A DNA stretch of 64,000 bases from Lophium mytilinum (Eukaryota). The stretch covers positions 1-64,000 of the forward strand of contig MU004187.1 of NCBI GenBank assembly GCA_010093605.1, written 5' to 3'. The notes under the pieces were generated by a model that was not told the origin of the DNA, searched no databases, and saw nothing but the letters and a program-made list of their open reading frames with translations. The position numbers and the translations under genes are program-made. Below are positions 24,085-36,498 of the stretch, one piece after another. How positions within the stretch are numbered: the first letter of the stretch is position 1; every line of letters begins with the position of its first letter.

Positions 24085-25908
24085 TCAGATCGGCTGGGTC
24101 AGCATTCCCGCCCAAATGAGGACGTGCCCTTGAGCAATATGCTGGGACGATAGCGTGGTCCATGGCTGCAAAGAATTAGTCGCGCTCGTTCTTCCATCGA
24201 CCTTCGCTATCCCAAAGACTCACGCTTGCAAGCTGATTGGCCTGCCCAATTCCCATCCCATGCCCAATCCACGAAAGCTCCTTTCGCATATGGGTACACA
24301 ATTCATGGGACACGATCGATGCATTGGCAACAACCCAAAGTGGATGAAGTAAAAGTAAGCCGCCCACTGGCCGCCCATCATACTTTGCTTCCCCACCAGT
24401 CTGAGCGCGTTGGACGTACTCACTCACGTCGTTCGTCAGGTGGTAAGGAATTGAGGCAGCAATGTCGTCGGCAAGCTGTTGAGCTTTGGGGTGTAGTTCG
24501 AAGCACACATCGCTTGGCTCGAGGTAATTCGAACATTTGACAATGATATCCAAGATCATCAGGTGCGTCTTCCGATAGGTGTTCCAGACCGCAGCAACGT
24601 ACACTGCATCCGTCAGGTCGTCAAGGTCATCCGCGAATAGCCAGACTCACGGTCGAAGTAGCTGTTAACGTCTCCTGGCCAGCCTGGAGATTTGGAAGAA
24701 TTCAATTGAGCTTCGCTGATGTTCCCGACCACCCGAGGTTCCCATTCTTTCGTCAACTTTGTGGGCCATGTAGAGATATGTCGCTCCAGATCTATCGCCT
24801 CTTGCCGCAGCGTCCGCACTTCTTCTAATTGACAGGACGGAGCAGCGAACAAGTCATTAGCCAAGTTGAATATAGGGTTGACTTTTATGAGGACGCTGTC
24901 CAGAGCCAAGACTGAGCGGTTGCGACTCGGTGCACAAAGCAGGCCAACATGTTTAGGTTGCTCGAGCGATATCAGCCGTGGTAAAAAGGTGCTACAAAGG
25001 TGGGAGAGCGCACACGTACTGGTAGAGAGTCCTGGAGCAGAAAGGCATTGCCGAGCTGAAACAATCGAGTGCCCGTGGAAAGGTCGAATGGGGAATCTTT
25101 CTTGGAGAGAATAGCGCCAACGCCTGAGACGTGAGCATTGTGCTGACTGGGGTCTGACTCGGTGCTGCTCACGATCTTTGCAGTTTAAGCCAATGACACG
25201 GTGAGCGCAGTGCGATACATTACGAACCTCATAGAGACCTAATAGAATCGCGGTTATCAAAACCTCTACCAAGTCAGACTCCGCCGCACGCATTAACCTC
25301 GACCGAAACGATTGGAGCAGATCTCCGTATTGCTGCTTAGTCCGGTACAGGATTTGCGGCCTGCGTAGTTTGTTCCCAGTCGTCGCGAGAGCTACGATCT
25401 TAGCTGCTTGGGCGATGTCGGAAGATTCCCCTGCGTGGTCGATCAAAGGTTTAAGGCCATCAAGGAAACCTCGTGAGATAGTTCTATCCGCCAACTCAAC
25501 ACAGTAACCGTCAAAGAACATCTCCAGCGCGTCCTTTTCTAAGCGCTCGTCATTGGGCTCGGGAATCACTGCTCCAGGTGGCGACATCGGTCTCTGTATT
25601 GTTATAGATGGGACTTCACTCAGCGCTGGAGGGCCGTAATTGCGGAACAAAACACCAGAGTTCTCCTGATAACCTAGGCAGACCCGGCCGGCCTTGATGC
25701 ATCGTTGGCAGTTCTATAGCCGTAAGAACTGTGGTCCATTTAAAGGGATTTGGGATAGATTGAGGTGAATTTACTCACTGGGCGGCTTTCATCGCACTGG
25801 GTGGTAGAACTACTTTAGCAAGAGTCATCCGCCTTGGTGTGGAGTTCCCACCTTCTTCCGCCTCTGCTTGCAAGTTGCGCATGCTCGGGAAGCTCCATAA
25901 TTTACCAT
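24085..25908 (-). CDS. Zn(II)2Cys6 transcription factor, multi-exon (18-nt microexon 25779-25796)
   Basis: MVNYGASRACATCKQRRKK|CDESRP|NCQRCIKAGRVCLGY; fungal TF body; spliced C-terminus GHVLIWAGMLTQPI*. Confidence 0.85.
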
Positions 25909-26508
25909 TGTGTATGCCTTTGAAGCTCTTCAATTGCTGCTGATTTCGCCGTCGTGATCGGTGAGCTAATGGAGAACGACGGCTGATGGGAAATCCAAGC
26001 ACCCCCTAGTTCCAAAGCTGGAGCCACTGAGTGCGCTAGGCATCGTCCCCACCTCGATCGAAGAGAGCAGAGAGGGTAGGCTAAAGCTGCAATGCGCTTA
26101 GTAGTGGGGCCCTGATTGCATGTTACCTTCTCTAGTGGACTGTCAGCTAACTGCTCCGCTTAAGCGTTCCACTACTTTCCTTCTTTCGCCTGACCTTACC
26201 AGTTCCGTCTCCACAACGTTCTAAAAATTCTCATATTACGCTCTCCTTCTGCTCCGTTTGTTCATGATGTTGTTCAGAAGCAGACCAAAAAGCGATACTG
26301 TCCTTACCTCGGCAATACAAAAGTATCCGGTGGTAAGATTGTCACGTGATATATGCAGCTCAATACTGGCCAGAATCTCTTTTCAATCTCTTCAAAGATA
26401 CCCAGTTCTTCTTTCTATTATCTTACAATGCGCTCGAATCCGTCATTTGCCGCGCCGAAGCAAGAATCGAAGCCATAATCATCAGACTAATGTAAAAAAT
26501 TCAAGTTC

Positions 26509-28161
26509 CTACCCTTCAACCCAGTTGCCGTGCAAGCCAGCCCTTAGACGTACAGGCAAATCAATAACTGCTTGCGGTTTCTCGAAGTCTCTAGTATCTA
26601 CAATATGCAACTCGCTGCCCATGGTAGCATAGTTATTGACGAGGGCCATGACCCAGCCGTCGCCTTCAGCTGTGTCTGCACCCTTCCTTGGAATGAAGAC
26701 GGGTTCCTGGACCAAATGTGTTCGGCCTGGGAAGTACTTGTAAATTTTCATACATTTGTAGTCAAGATGGCCCAAAGCGTTGTAAATCGGGTGTCCACCG
26801 CCCATTCTGGGCGCGATTGTGCCAAAGTCAGTTCCCAAATGCGGATCCATTAGATCGAAGAATGTATGCATATGTTTTGTTCCTAAGAATCTTTCGTCAA
26901 TGCGAGGAAACTCGCAGTCCTCTTTGCCGATGATTTGGGGCTCTGGGAGGTTGAGATCGGAAGAATGAGGATCGAAAGTGAAGCGGATGAGCTTTGCTGC
27001 GATGGTCTCGGGTTTGGGCGCATTGCCGTCGGCATCTGGCCACCAGAAGAATACATTCCTATCTGTGAGTGGCAGATCAAATACTAGGTTGCCCGATTCG
27101 TCTTCATATGCATTGACAGTATGACCTGGGAAAGCATTTGGCGCGCGAAACCATTTGACATCGGAGCCAGATGCACCACGGCGTGGGAGGACTCCGAGAT
27201 AGAATGGGCCGTTGGAGTCCCATTGCCAGTGCTCGCCGCCTTTCTTCATGCGTTCAAGGTCGCATGTTTGTGGGATGATAGGAAATAACACCTAAGTTGA
27301 TTAGTTCGTTTCTTTCAAGACATTCATTGGGACACGGGGACTTACCCAGTGCTTCGTAATGGCGAAATCATGAATCATTGCTACCACAGGTGCAACAAGC
27401 CAAACGGTTTCGGTGAGCTTTCCAGTAGAATCGACAGTAAAATAACACACATCCGGAGTACCATCACCTTTGGCTTCATAGCCGAAACAAAGAAGCTCGT
27501 CGCCATCGAGTTTTGGGTGAGCTGTAAAGGTCAAGCAGGGCAATTGGCCGTCAAAATCTTCTAAGCCGATGGTTTCAAGAGTCTCTGGGTCGAGAGAATA
27601 CGGAGGAGAATCTTCTTTGCAGGCAAGCAAACGGCCATTGAAGAACAAGACATTGGTATTAGCAGTGCTTCGAACCTTGAACTCCACAGCGTCGGTAAAC
27701 TTGTTGCGGTACTTGCCTATGAGGGAACTGTAAGAAAGCCTTCATGAAAGTGGATGGATATGGAAGCATCGTACCAAGCAAGGATCGCTTCGCTTCTCTT
27801 TCTTTAACAAACTTTTCGGTCCTAACGTATCTCTGCTTGAAATGGCAATGGCCGTCTTTGATTCGGAACGCGCTGATGTTACCGTCTCCATTGAACCACT
27901 ACATTGACTAAATCAGCCAATGGTGTTAAGCAAGGTGACGTCGCAACAGATTTTACGTACCGGGTCATTCTCGATGAATGGGGGCAGCTGCGGATCTGGC
28001 ATGACCCTGTAGAATGTGCCGTCGATTTCGAAAGGTATCTCACCACGGACTTCGAGATTATGGACCTCCCCTTCGAAACGACATGGCTTCATGAAGCCCG
28101 AGAATTGGGGGAGTTCGGGGAACGCGCTCCTGGGCTTTGTTGATCTGAAGTGGCCCGCCAT
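26509..28161 (-). CDS. Carotenoid-oxygenase-family stilbene (resveratrol/lignostilbene) cleavage dioxygenase, CAO-1/Rco1-like
   Basis: RFEGEV.NLEV.GEIP..I.GTFYRVMP, WFNGDG, FKVRSTANTN; four Fe-His motifs FTAHPK, MIHDF, FPGHTVN and GLHGNW; closely follows the recalled Neurospora CAO-1 sequence. Confidence 0.92.
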
Positions 28162-28354
28162 ATTGAAAGTGTCCAGTTATCGATTTCCGTCCCGACACCT
28201 TCGTTACAGAAGAAATGCGTGAAGTCAAATGGAATTGATGTATTACAAAGTTTGGTGGCGTGGGGCCACAAAGCCGCTAAATAGCCCATGGTGCCCCTGG
28301 CGCCCCTGGCAATACGAAACCGCGAGCGGAGGACGCCCGCCCGGAGGCGAAGAC

Positions 28355-28369
28355 CTTAACTCCCCGAAT
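28355..28369 (+). promoter_or_regulatory. Candidate cluster-specific element CTTAACTCCCCGAAT upstream of the stilbene oxygenase
   Basis: Exact 15-bp match at 39434-39448; 10-bp core in reverse orientation at 33285-33294. Confidence 0.55.
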
Positions 28370-28797
28370 CTGTTGCACCTCTCCGATTGGCCGAAAGCAT
28401 TTCGCTCTGGAGGATCACACCTTGCAATGACCGGCGGGCTGTAAATTAGCGAAGAGGGAACCGTACGCCGAGACGTTGCTGGAAAGCGTCTTCTTTAGGA
28501 GAGACATTGATTGAGAGGAGGAAGGAGTTTGAATGGCAATGGAGACAATGCACCAAGCCGGCTTCAAGTCTCTGCGTATTTGACACGCGAGACAACACAC
28601 TGTAGAGGAGTCAAGTGCTCGAGTTTTTCTTTCTTTTTACACTACTCAGCGAGTGTCCCTGTCCGCAGGTGTGGTGTTTATATCAAGGCCCGTTGCATTG
28701 CAAATAGTCACGAGCTTGACCAACTAGAATACTTCAAGCTTTTACATTTCTTCTCAAGCAGGAAGGTCTTCAACCAATGCCGCTAATCTAGTTCCCG

Positions 28798-30393
28798 TCA
28801 AGGATGCAGGATGATTGTTTTAGTTTGCAGGAATTCCTCGAACCCCCAGTGTGACCCAAATCGCCCCCATCCACTCTCCTTCCTGCCTCCGTGCGGTAAA
28901 CAAGCTTCATCATGCACAGTTGCCGAGTTGATATGAATAGCTCCCATATCAAGCTTTTTGGCGAGCTTCAAAGCCTTAAGGTAGTTGCGACTGAAGATAG
29001 CGCCCGATAACCCGTACGGAGAATGGTTCACCATCTGGACGGCCACGTCCTCCTCATCGAACACCCGTAAGCCCAGCAATGGCCCAAAGGCCTCTTGCTT
29101 CCAAAAGTCCATATCTGGCGTGACATCTTCGATGACGACTGACGGGCCGCAGGTCCCAACTTCCACAGCCGTCGTCGCGGCCCCTTTTTCCACTGCATTG
29201 CTGACGAGTGCATCAATTCTTGATCGGCTCTTTAGACTGATGACCTCTGTAACTTGCTGCAACACGGCGTTGGGCCGCTTTTGGTGTAGAATTGTCCGGA
29301 ACTGCTGCTCCACTGACTGTGCCACTAGGACCATATCTGTAGACATGCAAATTTGGCCAGACTATTGTTCTAAACCATCAGAGAGCCCACCTCCTAGAGG
29401 AATGTATCGACTTACATTCAGAAACGCCCCGAATAGTACCTGGTCCGCCGCCTTTGTGAGGTCCGCATCTTCAAGCACGATGGCGCAGTTTTTGCCTCCC
29501 AACTCCAGAAGTACGGGTTTGAGGTAAAATGCAGCTCGCTGGGCAACATGTTGACCGACGGCTGTGGAACCAGTGAAATTGCACTTCTGAACGGCTCTAT
29601 GAGATATTATGGCCTCGAAGCAACTAACAGCATCTTCCGGAGCGTGTTGGACGTAGTTGACCACTCCCGGAGGAAAGCCAGCATCCTGGAAGAGCTTCGC
29701 AAGCAGATAGTGGGTTCGAGGACTAATTTCAGAGCCCTACGTTGTGTCAATTGACATTACTCCAGCCGATCATAACTAACTTGGGAAATACGCACTTTGA
29801 GTATGACAGTATTTCCCGCGGCTACGGCTGCGGCAACAGCTCGAAGCCCGAGAATCAGTGGTGCGTTCCATGGCGCGATACCAAGCACGACACCAAATGG
29901 CTCTTTGACGACCACTGCATGTGCTTCTGTGTCCCTTATGATAGGAACTAGGCCAGACAAGATCCCAGAACTTGCTGTGGCGGCAACTTCTTCTGCTAGT
30001 GCGATCGAGTCGTTGACATTTATCTTCGCCCACAGGGCCGAACACAAGATTTCTTCTTGTATAAGCGTCTGTATCTCGTCCCTTTCATCCTGAAGAAGCT
30101 GCCGAAAACTCAGAATCAACGGTAATAGTGTGTGAAGTGCTGTACTTTACCTTTGCAAGGTTGTTAAATAGCCTGCGTCGCTCATACGGCGGCGAATCTC
30201 TACAAGTTGCAAATGCATTGGCGCATGACTCAACTGCTTGCATGCATAATGCTGGTGTTGCCCCTACTGCATAGACACTACGATTGCTACAATTGTCTGG
30301 GTTGGGTTTGAACAGCGGAGCAGATTCGTAGGTGGATTCGTCCAAGACGTCAAGACCATGAATGATCAGTGGAATGGTCGTGAAATTCGCCAT
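28798..30393 (-). CDS. Aromatic aldehyde dehydrogenase (vanillin/salicylaldehyde DH-like), multi-exon
   Basis: IAPWNAP, FTGST, ELGGKN, spliced N|SGQICMST (catalytic Cys), EAFGP, PHGGRKESGWGRFG. Confidence 0.93.
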
Positions 30394-30733
30394 GATTTAT
30401 CGTGTTGGTGGAAGTAATTGAATCGAAAGCTCATGGATTTGCTGGGTTGGGGATCGGTCTGCTAGAGCTCGTGAGTTATTGCTGTTATTTTATGCTTAAG
30501 GAGCCGCGATAGTGCATTACTAGGCATTTCACCATTTAGGAGCATTTTGTGCGGAATGGTTCCAATTGGCCTGCAACTCTCACGGGTGGGAAGCCGACGC
30601 CCGATGTATGGTGTATTCACCGGGCCCGACATCCCGGTGACCGCTACACTGTCTTGAAGCTATTCGAGGAACCCTAAAACCGACATCTGCCGGACCCTCA
30701 TTCCTACTTCCAGTTTTCATACCGCCTGCAAAC

Positions 30734-31675
30734 ATGCGAGTTGCGTGGACCCGATTGATTCGCTTTATCGCCACTGATGGCCGGCTTCTTCGCGGAGAGC
30801 CAATCCTGCCGGATCCAGATTTCGACCTGGGCACGACTACTGAACACAGCAAGCTACAGGCAAAAGTCATCATTGGAGAAGACCCTTACGACAACTCGGG
30901 GGTGACGAGAGTTTCTGATGAGATTGTCACCGTCAAAAAGCTTTTGGGACCACTCGCGCCAAATGACCTAGATATTTTACGCTGCGTAGGGCTCAATTAC
31001 GCCAAACATAGTAGGGAATGGTCTCTGCTGCTCCCCGTTATATCCTGCTAATGTTTCGAAGTCAAAGAAGCCGGTCGAACTCCGCCGCCTTTTCCATTCA
31101 TTTTCTTCAAGCCCACAACTTGCATCCACGATCATGGTGAAGATGTTATCATCCCTCAGATTGCTCAAGACGACCAGGCGGACTATGAGGGCGAGTTGGT
31201 CTTGGTGATTGGACAAGACGCAAAGGACGTCCCGCTCGAGCATGCTATGGATTATATTGCTGCTTATACGGCCGGCAACGACGTATCTTCGCGGAAACTG
31301 CAGCGCGACCCGAATCTGGCCGGCCGAGTTCCGCAATGGGGGTTTTCCAAAGGCTTCGACACGTTTGCTCCGCTCGGTCCTGCGCTCATTGCTTCTGAAC
31401 TGATTGGGGACCCGAAGGAACTCTTGTTGCAGACAATCGTGGATGGGGAAGTGAGACAGAAAGAATACATTAGCGACTTGCTCTTCGATTGTGCATATCT
31501 TGTGCATTATTTGTCTCAAGGTACAACGTTGCGCAAAGGATCAGTGATTATGACGGGAACTCCGGGCGGTGTGGGAGCTGGACTAAAGCCTCCAAAATAT
31601 CTCGTGCCAGGAACGGTCATGGAAATTTCGATAAGTAAGATTGGCACTCTCAGGAACGGGGTGAAGTTTGCATAG
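30734..31675 (+). CDS. Fumarylacetoacetate hydrolase (FAH) family protein, 1 intron
   Basis: CVGLNYAKH, FFKP, DYEGELVLVIG, GNDVSSR, KGFDTFAPLGP, MTGTPGGVG. Confidence 0.95.
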
Positions 31676-32000
31676 CAGGTTTTGACCATGGGTCTGCATT
31701 GAAAATCCAAGCAAAGCTCCGTCATCAAGACTTCTGCTCATTAAATTCACCTGCCCGTGCAAGAAAACTATTTCAGAACTGCCAACAGCAAACTCGCCTT
31801 TTTTGCGTTGAGATCAATGATTAATCCAAAGAAAGATTCATGATCATGTGGCTCGCGGAGAAAGTAGGAGGTAAGGCTTTCAAATCTTCGAGTCCGAGTC
31901 GCAGCAGATGTACATCAGCAAAGACGTGCAATGGAGAATTCGCCTACATATGCAAAAGAGACATTCGGTATCATCAACGCATATATTCCATAACCGACTA

Positions 32001-33113
32001 CTAAGACACTAACGATTCCAAATCTTGGCCGTTGTATCTGTAAAATCCAAGGGATTTGAGCATAGGCTCATCATGAACTCTGTATAGGTACACTGTCTCT
32101 CCATCACCCGCATGGTGTTGGTACTCATGCCACGACGGAATGCAGAAAGTGTCGTACTTCTTCCAGCTGAACTCTCTTCCATCGATCGTGGTTGTTCCGG
32201 AACCCTCAATCACGTGGAAGATTGACGAAGCCGTCTCTTGAATCTTCGGGGTTGACTTTCCTGGGGAGATGCGAGTAGCAGAAGTACCTAATGTGCGGCT
32301 TACTGGACTTTGTTAGTGTCAATCAAAGTAAGGCAACCATAAGTCTATGACGTACTTTCAGATCCATCTGCCTTGTAGTAGCCCTTCGTCGTACTCTCGC
32401 CGCTGCCAGCGTCGAGCTGGACCTTCATGCGGGTCCATGGGAAGACAAGTGGAGAAGCTGAAGTATCCACGTTTTTGGCCGGATACCGTGGGTCGGCATA
32501 ATGCTCTACAAAATGCACCGGGAAGTGTACAAAGCTTGGGAGATCCAAGCCATCGAGCCAAATCATGGGTCCAGAACCATCTTTGCCATGATCGTGCCAG
32601 TTCCAGGTCGGGGTCAAGATGACATCGCCGCGTTGCATCTGGATGCGCCGACCGTGCACAGCAGTGAAACCACCATTACCCTCGATGATGAAGCGACAGG
32701 CAAAGGCAGTGTGGCGATGAGCTGGCGCCGTCTCGTTGGGCATGACTAGTTGAAGCCCAGCGTAAATGGTATCGGTCGTATAAGGCGCTTCTGCGCATGT
32801 ATGAGCCTTCTGATATTTAGAGAAGGGGCTTCTTACCTCGAGAGGGATTTACAAGCATCAATACACGTCGTTCCGCTTGTTTCTCAGTGATAAGTTCGCC
32901 AGCTTGCAGCAGACTCGGTCGAATCTTCTCATATTCCCACACGTGGGGGTGGCATTTTGGATTCGGTAGAGGAGGATTAAGGCGTGCCATCTGTGCCCAT
33001 AGTGGCTTCGTGTGATAGTCTTCAGCAGCCTTCAGCAGGTTCTTCGTCAGTTGTTCTCGATCAACATGCGTCGAAATGCCATTTTGGCCACTAATAGTTG
33101 CAGTGGAGCTCAT
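32001..33113 (-). CDS. Gentisate 1,2-dioxygenase-like bicupin, 3 exons
   Basis: [60 protein letters not shown]. Confidence 0.92.
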
Positions 33114-33511
33114 AATGGTGTAGCTGGGATTGAGGGTGCGAAGGCCGCTGTCAGTCCTGTGTTTCGTCTTGTTCTATTTCTATGTTTTATTCTTTCGATC
33201 AACTCAAGTGGGAATTTTGATACGATTTCAACAATTGCATATTCAACTACAGGAAATGGGGCCAATGAGGGCTGGAGCATTCGCCGGGGAGTTAGGAGGG
33301 CCGAAGCTGCGGGGAGAGTGGAGACGGACGGGACGCGTAAGGTGGAAAGGGGTCGTCTATTTCCCCGCGCGCAACCCCCCGCAAAGCCCTGTTCCTCGAC
33401 TTTTTCTATCATCACCAAGCTCTCCGGCTACATTGGAGTCTAAGTCCCCGAAGGACTGCAAAGGGGGGATAGGTTCCGAGCTACGCTGACTCTGCTCCCT
33501 GCTCCCAAGAC

Positions 33512-36338
33512 ATGGCGTCGACCGATGCAGCGAGCAGAACGGGCGCCAGCATCTCCGCCAATCACGGCACAGATACAAGACCAGCAAAACGGAATAGGAT
33601 CACAATAGCTTGTACGTGGTGCAGGCAGCGCAAGTCCCGCGTAAGTCTGCTATTCTTTCTAGCCATCTGGCAGCGTTGAGACTACGCTCTAGAATAGTCG
33701 ACATTGTACTCTTTAAGCATGGCGCTTTGGGCTTTGGAATCAGCATTGCTGTATAAGATAATAAAGCGCGCATCTCATCCAACCTAAGTGCTAGCATATC
33801 CATCATAATCTTCAGCATGAAATACCCTCACCGTCTTTCATTGATTGCTAACAGTTCACGACTTTCAACAGTGTGACGGAGCAAGACCAAAATGTTCTAC
33901 ATGCCGCGACCACGGGTTTGACTGTACATACTTGAATTTAACATCGTTGACAAAAGCATCTGCATCCAGAGAGTCAGTTATTCCGTCGGAACTAGTACCC
34001 TCTTCTGGTTATATCTTACCCCTTGTAGGTATCTTGAAGCACTCGAGTCCCGCTTAGCCGCACTTGAAAGTTCAGTTGGAGGAATATCTAGTAGAGTGAC
34101 CCGCATTGAAGGGTCCAGAACCGATACTGTAGTCACAAATGAAAGCCCTAGCCAATCATTCTCGACTCATACTCCTCACCTTCTCGGTCTTCAGGATGAT
34201 GAGGGAACGATAGTTGAGGCCCAAGATTCTACTGATGGGATCGGCTCTGTCTCTTTCACTAAAGAGGAGGAATCTGGCTTCTTTGGTTAGGACACTATCA
34301 AAACGCGCTATGATTGCTGACGACTGACTGGTACAGGACCATCGTCCAACATATCTTTTACCCGGCAGATTGTTCGCACGACAACCGCAATTCTCAAAAC
34401 TACCGCATCGGCTGTAAGTCCAGCTTCGTCGAGCGATGCCGCCCTTCAGAGTCACCTTCTTCATGTGTCCCGTCCACCGTCTCCTGTATCAAATCGGTTC
34501 AAGGACTCATACAACATCGCAATCGGCACAGAACCCTTTGTCCTCCCACAGGAGGATGAAACTGTGCAAATGATAGAGCGATTCTTCAGCACAACGGGCG
34601 TTCTATTTCCATATATCGACGAGGAGGCTTTCCTGAACACGTATCAGGACCTCACATCTACAAACATTCGGACAGTACGGAGGTCATGGCTTGGTCTATT
34701 GAACATGGTGCTTGCCATGTCGACGAGTGCCAGTCAAGGAAACGGACTGACGCCAGCTGAGCGAGCTGCCAAATCCGACATATTTTTTCGTCGGGCTTTG
34801 GCACTCTGCGAGAAACAAATTCGCCACGGAACAAGCTTAGAAGTTGGTATGTCTGGGTGCATGAATTCCCAAAACGGCAGCGACGCTAATTTCTCATAAG
34901 TCCAGTTGCTGCTCTTGATGAGTCAGTATTTGCAAGGCACTGAACGCTCCATTGAGACTTGGAACATCCACGGCCTCACTGTAAAATCTGCATATCAGCT
35001 TGGTCTTCACTCACGAGATGCGCTCAAACAGTACCCACCGTTAGAAAGGGAGATCCGCAAGAGAACTTGGTTCGGCTGCGTTGTATTAGATCGGCAAGTT
35101 ATTTTCACTCTGACAGAGCCTCATCATCTTACCAGCAACAGTACCTTAAGTATGACCATGGGTCGCCCAGCTTCCATCCCTGAGAACTATGTCAAATTGG
35201 ACCTCCCATGTTCTTTCAAAAGCATCCTCCCTGCCGCTGTGAACTGCCACCAGAGCTCGGTCGACGAACATAGTGTTGAATTTTACACCGGAACAATGTA
35301 GGAATCTCTCATTAAGACCTACCTCCATGCTGCTCACGCCAAGATAGAACACTCTATAAAATCATGGGCGAGATCGTCGACGTTCTTTACGGAAGTAACT
35401 TGGGCTGTGGAGTACCTGATAATGTGTTCGACATTGCTTCGCATTTACTGCAATTTGAACAAAAGTTTCTCACCTGGCAGCAGTCCTTACCAGCAGCTAT
35501 GTCGCTGGTTGAGCCGGAAACTCTCCACTCCGAAGCAGACGACCAAGGCACTCTCAGGTTCCGAGTCATCCTTACTCTACGTTTCTTGAATCTTCGGATT
35601 CTAACGCACCGTCCGTTACTCTCAAAATACCTCGAATCGATACGTAGCGCACATTCCGCCTCTCAACAATTACATTTGTTAAAGCAAGTGGGCACAAATA
35701 GCGTGCGGACTTGTGCCCAATCCGCAATCGCTATAATTAAGCTGATGCAACAGGTGCTGATTCCTACAAGCCCTCCTCGACATGTGCTGGGTGCTTGGTG
35801 GTTTTCCCTTTACTACGGTAAGTTATGTCACCTGCATACACCGTCCTTTCGTTCTCTGCTCATAAGGACAGCGTTCAATGCCGCTCTCGTAATATTCTCC
35901 ACACTTCTTGTACAGCACCAAGCAAGTATCTATAATCATTCCCTGGCACTCGAGGATATCGGCCTGTCGATGGATTCTCTCCACCAAGCAATCGAGTGCC
36001 TGAAGCTGTTGTTCAAGGGGAATAGAATGACGGAGAAATGCGTCCGATATACTACGTCCCTCGCTCATATGCTGTCATTGATCCGTAAGTCATGCTAGCA
36101 TCTCATGTCAACAAGCACTAGTTGACACCCAGTCTTAGACCGCCCAGCAGGCGCTCCTGAATTAAGCTTGGGTAGCTTCTCAGCCGACCCACTCGGGCAT
36201 TTTCCATCGCGGCGAACGCCAAATGTTGGGCAGTCGCATGACTTATTTGATTTCATCGATTCGACAGACGCGCACATGGGCATGAGTTTGGACGATCTCT
36301 TGGGCACTTCAGACTTCAACTTCGTGTCTTCTAATTAG
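33512..36338 (+). CDS. Zn(II)2Cys6 transcription factor with Fungal_trans domain, multi-exon
   Basis: KRNRITIACTWCRQRKSR|CDGARPKCSTCRDHGFDCTY; AYQLGLH...EREIRKRTWFGCVVLDR; GAWWFSLYY. Confidence 0.9.
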
Positions 36339-36498
36339 CGTTGGGCTTGCTAAGGATAATAATCGTGTCAAGAAGAGGCAGCGGGGAAACATCTTATATA
36401 GAAACGATGTCCGTTCCCGTGCGTTATAATTCGTGTGCTCGCGAGTGACTATATGAGAAGGGTTATTGGTGTAGACTAGTGCCTTGATCCCTCTCTTG

